Below are positions 48,348-56,321 of a stretch of DNA of 64,000 nucleotides, piece after piece. The first letter of the stretch is position 1. The number at the start of each line of letters is the position of its first letter. Source of the DNA: a virus (Duplodnaviria; Caudoviricetes); IMG/VR virus record IMGVR_UViG_3300028603_000001, positions 64,001 to 128,000 of that record; one strand, given 5' to 3'. The notes below the pieces were generated by a model. It was not told the origin of the DNA. It saw nothing but the letters and a program-made list of their open reading frames with translations, and ran no database searches. A program made the translations under genes and the position numbers.

Positions 48348-50204
48348 ATGTCGAATTATAATGCAGAAAATATAAAAATATTAGGTGATATAGATCATAT
48401 AAGATTAAGGAAAGGTGTATATATTGGAGAAGCATCTGATCCTAGACAATTGTTATCTGAAATATTTGATAATGCAATTGATGAAGTACAATCAGGCCAT
48501 AGCCCAAAACTGCAAGTAACCATAGACACAAAATTAAACAAATACATGGTTAGAGATTGGGGTAGAGGAATCCCGCACGGTGAGAAGGTTTTAGAAAATG
48601 GTCAGAAAAAAGAAGTGTTAGAAGTATTAATTACAAAAGCTAATAGCGGTGGGAAGTTTGATAATTCTAGTTACAATTACAGTAGTGGTTTAAATGGTTT
48701 AGGATTAACTATCACAAACGCTTTGTCTAATTATATGTCAATAACATCTTTCAGATCAAGAAAATTTGTAAGAGTTGAAGCTGGTCATTCTTCAAATGTA
48801 ACGCTAACAAAAGGCGATTCTAATGAATTAGATGGAACTGTTGTTGAATTCATTCCTGATAAGACTATGTTTAAATCAGCAATTATCCCACTAGATTTTA
48901 TCAGCAATAGATGTAAGATAGCTTCAGCTTTAGGGTTTCAAGCTGATTTAGTCGTTGATGGTAAAAAAATAAATATTGATAGCGATATATTTGGATTAAT
49001 TACAGAAGAAGATGATAAAATTGTTTCTTATGTTGATATCCCTGAAATAAGTGCGACAAATAAGACTAAAGAATTGATGAAAGTAGCTTTAAGATACTCT
49101 TCTGATACCAAAGATCGATATTTTGGATATACGAATTTATTATCTAATTACCTAGGTGGAACGCATGTTCAGGTGCTATCAAAAACATTATGTAACTGTT
49201 GGGAAACATTTATAAATAAACATAAAAAATTAACTCCATCTGTTAACTTAAAGACATCTGATTATCTAGTTGGATTAAGAGCTGTCTGCGCAGTGTTTAT
49301 AAGCACACCTGAATTTTCATCACAGACAAAAGAAAAACTAGTTGTTAATAAAAATTATTTTGATGATTTGATGGCAAGTTTTAGCAAGATGTTTTTAAAA
49401 TATTTAGAATCTAATATCTTAATAGCACAACAACTGTTAAAAAGGTTTGAAGAATACAGAATAGCTCAAAATACGCTTTTATCTAGAAAAGAAATTAGCA
49501 GTTTAATTAAAATAAATGAAGATACTTCTGATAATATACGACGAAGATCTGTTGTAAGTAAATTAGTTGAATGTACATCTAAAAAAAGAGAGGGTACTGA
49601 ATTATTCATTGTTGAAGGTGATAGTGCTATGGGACCTTACCTATATGTTCGAGATAAAGAAACACAAGCTATACTCCCAATCAGGGGAAAAATTTTAAAC
49701 ACAACATATAAGGATTTAAAAGAAATTATTAAGAATAAAGAAGTTTGTGATATAGCTAACAGTATTGGATGCGGTATTGGTGCAAACTGTGATGCTAATA
49801 AATCTAGGTATGATAAAATAATTATTTCAGCTGATGCAGATCCAGATGGTTTACAAATAAATTGTTTAGTTTTGGCGCTATTTGTAAATATGTTTCCAGA
49901 TATGATTAAACAAGGAAGAGTTTATATTTCAATTCCACCTTTATATAGCTGGGGAGATAATCCTAAAAATTATGGTTGGACAAACAAAGTAGAAAATATC
50001 CCAAAAGGTGTTAAAGTGGGGAGATTTAAGGGGCTCGGAAGTATGAACCCTGACCAGCTCTATTATTATCTAGTTGACCCAAAAACAAGAAATGTGTTGC
50101 AAATTGAATATCCTTCTGATATTGAAGAATTTAATCGTATTTTAGGAACATCAGCCGGAAAAGGTAATTTATTAAGAGAGGTAGGTATTGTTATAAATGG
50201 GTAA
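48348..50204 (+). CDS. Type IIA topoisomerase B subunit (GyrB/ParE-like)
   Basis: EIFDNAIDE, DWGRGIP, VEGDSA, PIRGKILN, DADPDG, RFKGLGSM; SD AGGAGG before 48348. Confidence 0.93.
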   Translation: MSNYNAENIKILGDIDHIRLRKGVYIGEASDPRQLLSEIFDNAIDEVQSGHSPKLQVTIDTKLNKYMVRDWGRGIPHGEKVLENGQKKEVLEVLITKANSGGKFDNSSYNYSSGLNGLGLTITNALSNYMSITSFRSRKFVRVEAGHSSNVTLTKGDSNELDGTVVEFIPDKTMFKSAIIPLDFISNRCKIASALGFQADLVVDGKKINIDSDIFGLITEEDDKIVSYVDIPEISATNKTKELMKVALRYSSDTKDRYFGYTNLLSNYLGGTHVQVLSKTLCNCWETFINKHKKLTPSVNLKTSDYLVGLRAVCAVFISTPEFSSQTKEKLVVNKNYFDDLMASFSKMFLKYLESNILIAQQLLKRFEEYRIAQNTLLSRKEISSLIKINEDTSDNIRRRSVVSKLVECTSKKREGTELFIVEGDSAMGPYLYVRDKETQAILPIRGKILNTTYKDLKEIIKNKEVCDIANSIGCGIGANCDANKSRYDKIIISADADPDGLQINCLVLALFVNMFPDMIKQGRVYISIPPLYSWGDNPKNYGWTNKVENIPKGVKVGRFKGLGSMNPDQLYYYLVDPKTRNVLQIEYPSDIEEFNRILGTSAGKGNLLREVGIVING

Positions 50205-50493
50205 AAAAATGAAAATGGATCTTGAACATCTTTTATTTATGCAAGCTAAGTATATAATGGAACCCAAATATGAGGCTATTGTTAATGAAGAGGAATGGTT
50301 TGAACCTGGACCTTTGTATAAATCTCTTGGTTTTGTTTCTTTAAGATATGGCAAATATGATAAGCATAAACTTGATGGAAAAAACGAAGATGGAAGTATT
50401 ATTTATGGAATCTATCCAGTTAAAATATCGTTAGCTACTGCAGATGAAGTTTTATGTGATAAAAGCAAAGCAGAGGTAAGCATAAATGGCTAA
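50197..50493 (+). CDS. Hypothetical protein between topoisomerase subunits
   Basis: Overlaps both neighbours; SD GAGG. Confidence 0.55.
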   Translation: MGKKMKMDLEHLLFMQAKYIMEPKYEAIVNEEEWFEPGPLYKSLGFVSLRYGKYDKHKLDGKNEDGSIIYGIYPVKISLATADEVLCDKSKAEVSING

Positions 50494-51976
50494 AAAACAC
50501 AAAGAGGAAAATATTGTTAATTTGTTTGATAGTTATGAAATAGATGAACCAATAAGAAAAAATAATAAAGAAATAAAAGAAGAACCAAAAACAAAAGATG
50601 CTCTAGAATTAGCTAGAGAAAATTATAAAGAATATGGAATATATGTTGGTTCAGGAAGAGCTTATCCACAGTTATTAGATGGTGCTAAGTCTAGCTATAA
50701 AAGAGCTATTTATGGAATGTGGAAAGATGCTCCTAGAAGAGTTGCTAAAGTAGCAGAATTAGCTGCAACAGCACTTCCCTACCACCCACATCCAACCTCA
50801 GTGGCTAATGTAATAATTCAATTAGGTGAAAATGGTAATAAATTCAAATTTATGCATACTCAAGGGAATTGGGGCGATTCTTCAAAAAAGATAGCAGCTT
50901 CTGCTGAAAGATATATTGGTGGTATGTTGTCTGATACAGCTATAATGTTACTTTGTGATAGCATTGAGTATTGTAATTTTATCACAGGTGAGATTGATAA
51001 ACCAGAACCAGAGGCTTTACCAACGCTTCTACCCATATGTTTTATAAATGGACAACAAGGTATTCCATCTGGTTTGCCTAAATTAAATATACCTCCATTA
51101 GATGTGGCAAATATGTTTGATTATTATATTGATATTTTAGAACACAAAAATTTGAATTATGTCCCAAATAAACTGCCTATCCCAAATCTAAACGTTAACA
51201 TATTATCAACAAAAGAAGAATGGGAAAATATATTAAAGACTGGTAATGGTAGTATTAGAATAGCTCCAATAATGAAATTTGAGGATAATATAATCACAAT
51301 AACTAATCTCCCAAAATCAAAAGATGTTGAAAGCATCCGCAAGATTATCGAAAAAGAAATACTTTTAGATAAGGTTGATCTGAGAGATGAGTCTACATAT
51401 GATACCAGGGTTGTCATTGAAAAAGTTTATAAGAAACAATGTGATATGAAAGAGCTTTATAATAGAATTTATAAAAAATTACAAACAACAGAAACTTACA
51501 ATTTAGCTTTTTTTGATATTAATCATATATATGTTCCTTGTAGTTTTGATAAAGTTGTTAAAAGCAATCTTAAATATTTAATAGATACGCATAACAGTAG
51601 ATTATCACATCAGCTAATTGATAATAACAAAAAACTAAGCGTCTTAGAAATTATTGAGCAATTAAAGAAAAAAAATAATTGGAAAGATATGTTTGACTTA
51701 TCCTTTAAAGATGCTATTAATTATTTGATAAATAATTTTAATTGTGATAAAGAAATTGCAGAAGAAGTTTTCAAAAAGCCTATTTCATATTTAACAAAAG
51801 GTCACGAAAAAGAAATTGAAGAATTAAGAAATATCATAAAAAACCTGAATACTGATAAACATGATATTTATGACATGCTTCTTAAAAAATATAAAGCATT
51901 AAAACCAAAAATGTTGAAAGAAATGAACAAAAATACAACATCTTTTATTAAAATAAATAAAACATTAAAAAAATAA
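50486..51976 (+). CDS. Type IIA topoisomerase A subunit, no C-terminal pinwheel
   Basis: RAYP..LDG.K...KR, YHPH, QGNWG, ASAERY catalytic Tyr, NG..GI. Confidence 0.9.
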   Translation: MAKKHKEENIVNLFDSYEIDEPIRKNNKEIKEEPKTKDALELARENYKEYGIYVGSGRAYPQLLDGAKSSYKRAIYGMWKDAPRRVAKVAELAATALPYHPHPTSVANVIIQLGENGNKFKFMHTQGNWGDSSKKIAASAERYIGGMLSDTAIMLLCDSIEYCNFITGEIDKPEPEALPTLLPICFINGQQGIPSGLPKLNIPPLDVANMFDYYIDILEHKNLNYVPNKLPIPNLNVNILSTKEEWENILKTGNGSIRIAPIMKFEDNIITITNLPKSKDVESIRKIIEKEILLDKVDLRDESTYDTRVVIEKVYKKQCDMKELYNRIYKKLQTTETYNLAFFDINHIYVPCSFDKVVKSNLKYLIDTHNSRLSHQLIDNNKKLSVLEIIEQLKKKNNWKDMFDLSFKDAINYLINNFNCDKEIAEEVFKKPISYLTKGHEKEIEELRNIIKNLNTDKHDIYDMLLKKYKALKPKMLKEMNKNTTSFIKINKTLKK

Positions 51977-52039
51977 TAGCTAAAATAAAAGTAGTATTAA
52001 ATGATAGAGTTAACATATTGTAAAATTTTTTAAATAAAT

Positions 52040-52070
52040 AGAAGATATTTAACGATATCTTCTTTTTTTA
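52040..52070 (+). terminator. Intrinsic terminator followed by ATTGTATA motif
   Basis: AGAAGATAT...ATATCTTCT then T run. Confidence 0.6.
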
Positions 52071-52097
52071 TTGTATATTATATTATGAATAAGTGAG

Positions 52098-52304
52098 GTG
52101 AGAAGTTTGAAATTATTTGTTAAAATTTTAATAACTTCTATTTTAGCGATAGGGTTTGTAACAGGTCTTGCTTATGTCGCATATATTCGTAGCGATATTA
52201 GCTTTATCCAATGCGTTCTTTACGTGTTAATTGCGGCAGGCATAGCATTAGGTTTTTGTGGTTTGATTGCATTGATTTGTAAAATGTGGTTTGATTGGAA
52301 TTAA
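52098..52304 (+). CDS. Small two-TM membrane protein
   Basis: Two hydrophobic helices. Confidence 0.5.
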   Translation: MRSLKLFVKILITSILAIGFVTGLAYVAYIRSDISFIQCVLYVLIAAGIALGFCGLIALICKMWFDWN

Positions 52305-52333
52305 TAAGAACTTAAATAAAAGGAGGCACACAA

Positions 52334-52639
52334 ATGGGAGAAAACAAAAATGAAATTATAGAAAAAGAAAAGAATATAACGAAAGAAAAAACAAATCTGA
52401 TGAATAAAGAAAGAAAGCGTGATATTGACCAAGAAAAAGCGTTGTTATCTAAAATAGTTGATGCTTGGGAATGGTTTGTGAAATTACCAAGACAACACCC
52501 AAATGAACATGATGAGTTCGCTACCGGGATACATATATTGCAATATATAACAGGCATGAGGATATTACGAAAAGAACACCCTGAACTTTTTCCGATAAAA
52601 TATTTTGAAGATGATGAAAGTAATGAAAAGGAGGAATAA
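52334..52639 (+). CDS. Hypothetical protein
   Basis: SD AGGAGG. Confidence 0.6.
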   Translation: MGENKNEIIEKEKNITKEKTNLMNKERKRDIDQEKALLSKIVDAWEWFVKLPRQHPNEHDEFATGIHILQYITGMRILRKEHPELFPIKYFEDDESNEKEE

Positions 52640-52643
52640 AAAT

Positions 52644-52988
52644 ATGAGAAATAAAAATATAATGTTTGAATTAACTGATATAAGTATTCTATTACAATAT
52701 TTATATCAAAGTGAAGATCACGAGGTAAGAATTAGAAATCCTTTTGCTTATTTAAGATATAAAATGGATGAAGAATTGAATATTTTATGGTTTAATGAAA
52801 ATTTTCCTGAATTAGGTTGGGGATATGCTCAGTTATCTTTTCAAGAATTATTAGCTATTAAAAGATTTTTAGAAGAAAATGTTGAAGATATCAAATTTCC
52901 TGAACTCTTTAAAAACAAGTGGGAAGAAATAAAACAAATAACTTTAACTAATAGGATGTTAAATGATAATATTAAGGGGGTGAGTTAA
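52644..52988 (+). CDS. Hypothetical protein
   Basis: SD AGGAGG before ATG 52644. Confidence 0.6.
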   Translation: MRNKNIMFELTDISILLQYLYQSEDHEVRIRNPFAYLRYKMDEELNILWFNENFPELGWGYAQLSFQELLAIKRFLEENVEDIKFPELFKNKWEEIKQITLTNRMLNDNIKGVS

Positions 52989-52989
52989 T

Positions 52990-54636
52990 ATAAAAACATT
53001 ATATAATTTTAAAAAATTTGTAGATGAAATTCTTGCAGATAATAGTAGAAATTATAAAATATCTGTACTTGAAAAATATAAAGATGATGAAGATATTAAA
53101 TATTATTTAGATTTTATTTTCAATCCTTTTATTACTACTGGAATATCAGATAAAAAATTAAACAGATTAACTGAAACAGATTACACAACAAAGTTAAATA
53201 CTATTAAAGATATTTTAGATTATTCTAAAACACATAATACAGGTAGTGATAAAGATTTATCAATAATATTTAGTAATCGAGATACTTTATTTGAAGATTT
53301 TGATCCTAAATCATTAGTTGACATTGAATATTTTAGAGATAAATTATTTGGTAATTTAAAAGTCCCTAAACAATTTTTTGAATTCACTGATGATGCAGCT
53401 GGATTTAGTGGAGGTTCTATATTATCAAGTAGATGTGATATTGAAGATAAAACAGTTAGATTAAATAAACTTAAATCGTTACTGGGTGATGCTATAGGTA
53501 ATCCAGAAGTTATTAGTTATATTCAACAATATATTGATGGGTTATTAGCAGAAAAAGAAAGAAAGCAAGAACAAGATTTTCAAGATTTAGATGCATCGCT
53601 ATATAATTTATTTAATAAAATTTTAATTAAAAATTTGCAACTAGGTGTTGATGTAAAAACTATAAATAAAGTAATTCCTAATTTAATACCGACATTTAAT
53701 GTTATGTTAGCAAATAAATATTTTGATGATGTAAAATTCGTAGAAGGAAAAGAATTTGCTTTAACTACTAAAATTGATGGTGGACGTATTGTTGCAATTA
53801 AGAAAAATGGCGATGTTAAATTCTATACTCGCTCTGGTCAATTATACGAAGGTCTAGTTGATTTAGAAGAAGAAATGAAATTATATATGCCTGATAACAT
53901 TATGTTAGATGGGGAAATTACTTTATTAAATGATTATGAAGTATTATATGATTTAAAATATAATGAACCCTGTATTGGTCATAAATTAACATCAAAAGAG
54001 CAATATAAAGAAACTATGAAAATCACTAGAAAAGATGGTGAAAAACATGGTGTTAAAATGTTAGTGTTTGATGGAATGTCTGTTGAAGATTTTGAAAATC
54101 AAACTAATAGTGTTCCATATATCAACAGAAGGGGTAAGCTTGAAGAGTTTTGGAACCATGCGGAAAACTGTGGACATAAAATGATTTACTTTGAATTACT
54201 TCCTATTCTGTATCGAGGAACCGACTCATCTGAAATCACTAAATGGCTCAACTACAGCATTGAACATGGTGAAGAAGGCGTTATGATCAACATATGTGAT
54301 GCTCCTTATGAGTTTAAGCGAACTAAAAACTTATTAAAAGTTAAAAAGATGGATACATTAGATTTACGTGTCATAGATTTAGAATGCGGGACAAATGCAA
54401 ATAGCGACAGACTAGGAGCTTTCATTTGTGAATATAAAGATGGTAATATTGTAAAAGTTGGAACTGGTATTTCCCAAGAGCTGCGAATTGAAATATGGAA
54501 CAATAAAAAAGACTGGTTAAATACTATTATTGAAGTACAATTTTTTGAAGAGACTGAAAATGCTAACGGTGGAAAATCACTTAGATTCCCGGTATATAAA
54601 GGTAGACGATTAGATAAAAATATTCCAGATTATTAA
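52990..54636 (+). CDS. ATP-dependent DNA ligase (extends 215 codons upstream of the track ORF; ATA start)
   Basis: Open frame from ATA 52990 after SD AAGGGGGTGA; KIDGGR adenylation motif, LDGE, EGVM, LLKVK, SLRFP. Confidence 0.88.
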   Translation: MKTLYNFKKFVDEILADNSRNYKISVLEKYKDDEDIKYYLDFIFNPFITTGISDKKLNRLTETDYTTKLNTIKDILDYSKTHNTGSDKDLSIIFSNRDTLFEDFDPKSLVDIEYFRDKLFGNLKVPKQFFEFTDDAAGFSGGSILSSRCDIEDKTVRLNKLKSLLGDAIGNPEVISYIQQYIDGLLAEKERKQEQDFQDLDASLYNLFNKILIKNLQLGVDVKTINKVIPNLIPTFNVMLANKYFDDVKFVEGKEFALTTKIDGGRIVAIKKNGDVKFYTRSGQLYEGLVDLEEEMKLYMPDNIMLDGEITLLNDYEVLYDLKYNEPCIGHKLTSKEQYKETMKITRKDGEKHGVKMLVFDGMSVEDFENQTNSVPYINRRGKLEEFWNHAENCGHKMIYFELLPILYRGTDSSEITKWLNYSIEHGEEGVMINICDAPYEFKRTKNLLKVKKMDTLDLRVIDLECGTNANSDRLGAFICEYKDGNIVKVGTGISQELRIEIWNNKKDWLNTIIEVQFFEETENANGGKSLRFPVYKGRRLDKNIPDY

Positions 54637-54884
54637 TGCATATATACATTTAACCCTTGATTCTCCAATAGAATTTTAAGTTCTCTTAACGTTTACTAAA
54701 TGGTTAATAACTTAACATCTAATAAGAATTATTAGCAAGACAACTGAAATTTACAAAATTAAAAAAATAAATTGTATATTATTATATATAATTAAAAATA
54801 TAAAAAATCTTAGCGATAAGGTTTTTTATTAGCTAAATTATACACATCAGGTTATTATAATATGTACCTGTAAACTATTTTATA

Positions 54885-54958
54885 ATTAAAAGCCACACCA
54901 CAGGCAACTGTGGGCCGGAAAGCCAGAGGGACTCTCAGTAGTCAGCCGTGCTGCAGAA
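54885..54958 (+). promoter_or_regulatory. c-di-GMP-I (GEMM) riboswitch
   Basis: GCCACAC-CACAG-GCAA-CTGTG-GGCCGGAAAGCC...GGGACT...AGTCAGCCG-TGCTGCA; GNRA-capped P2, AAAGC junction, CAGCC; GC-rich island in AT-rich DNA. Confidence 0.75.
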
Positions 54959-54968
54959 AGAGGTAATT

Positions 54969-55538
54969 ATGAAAAACAAAAAAGAAAAAATTAATTTAAG
55001 AAAATTTTTATTTGTACTACCCTTGCTTTTATTAGCTCTAATCACAACAGTAGTAGCTACTTTTGCTTGGTGGAATACGTTAACAGTTGAAAAAGATTTT
55101 GATGGAACAATTGGTGACTCAGTCGTATTAAAATTAACAGCTGCTGATTTCAGTGGTGTTCTGGTTCCTGAAGATGTATATGATAATGACGAAGATATTT
55201 TAAATCAAGGTTGGGTAAAAGTATGGTCAACAAACTTAAACTTTACTGTCGATAGAACAGATACAACAGGTGATTCTTTTGTATTAACTATCACACCTGT
55301 TAAAATTTTTGTTGATGGAGTTGATCGAAGTTCTTATTTTGATTTGAAAATTTTAGATGGTGAAGATGATGACCTAAGCTATGATATTAATACTGCTAAA
55401 ACTTTAACGTTAAAATTAAGTTTTAGAGATATATTAGAAGAAGAACAAGAGGAGGTTAGAACAACATTCGCAGGATTCGCAGGGGAACAGTTAACTATAA
55501 CAATTGAAGCAAAAATCACAGCACAACCACAACCCTAA
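54969..55538 (+). CDS. Secreted protein with SipW-class signal peptide (TasA/CalY-like)
   Basis: Basic N-region, hydrophobic core, ATFAWW cleavage motif; beta-rich mature part. Confidence 0.65.
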   Translation: MKNKKEKINLRKFLFVLPLLLLALITTVVATFAWWNTLTVEKDFDGTIGDSVVLKLTAADFSGVLVPEDVYDNDEDILNQGWVKVWSTNLNFTVDRTDTTGDSFVLTITPVKIFVDGVDRSSYFDLKILDGEDDDLSYDINTAKTLTLKLSFRDILEEEQEEVRTTFAGFAGEQLTITIEAKITAQPQP

Positions 55539-55637
55539 GCTTCCCCTTTTACTAATTTATTTATCATCAATGTTACTAATATCACATAGTTCACTATTGT
55601 TGATCAATGTATTTTTAAAGAGAAAGAAGGGGATATT

Positions 55638-56216
55638 ATGAGTAAAATCTTATCAACAATTCTTGCTGTATTTATTTTTATATCTTTTCTCTCAAGTACG
55701 GACATATACGCTTATTGGAATAATTTAGAAATAACATATACAGTTACCGCACAAATAGGTGTATGGGATTACAAAATAATCCCTGACGAATGGAATCTTA
55801 ATATCTGGGAAGATGAAGATAATTTAAATCAGACAATTCCTGAAAACCAGTTATTCTCCTATAATGGTTTATTATATGTTGTAAGAGAGGGTGAGGTATA
55901 TAACCCACATTGGCATGGATTACCAGGTGAACCAAATACACAATGGGCTTATGTATCCCTTGAATTAGAATGGAGACCAAATATGAATTATCGAACATTA
56001 TCAGTTGTTGTCAGAGAAGGAAGATATTTTATAGCTAATCCAGCTTATAACGATAATTGGTTTGTTGGAGACCCATTAAATTCAGCGAATAAAGCATGGT
56101 CAGAATGGAGAGAAATAGAACAACTTCCAGAATCATATTTTGGCTTCTTATTAGATTATCCAATGGTAAAAGATTATCGCGCTAATATAGCTGATGTTAT
56201 CTTTATAACTAATTAA
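55638..56216 (+). CDS. Secreted protein with SipW-class signal and CBM5/12-like aromatic repeats
   Basis: IYAYW...IGVW; FSYNGLLY and WRPNMNY....VVREGRYF motifs. Confidence 0.55.
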   Translation: MSKILSTILAVFIFISFLSSTDIYAYWNNLEITYTVTAQIGVWDYKIIPDEWNLNIWEDEDNLNQTIPENQLFSYNGLLYVVREGEVYNPHWHGLPGEPNTQWAYVSLELEWRPNMNYRTLSVVVREGRYFIANPAYNDNWFVGDPLNSANKAWSEWREIEQLPESYFGFLLDYPMVKDYRANIADVIFITN

Positions 56217-56232
56217 ACAAATTCAAATTATA

Positions 56233-56257
56233 AATCTTGGGAAACCAAGGTTTTTTA
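56233..56257 (+). terminator. Intrinsic terminator
   Basis: CTTGG-GAAA-CCAAG then T run. Confidence 0.7.
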
Positions 56258-56321
56258 ATTTAATTAATTGTATATTATTATGAATGAATAAATCATAAAA
56301 TATAAATTTTTGGAGGTTAAA

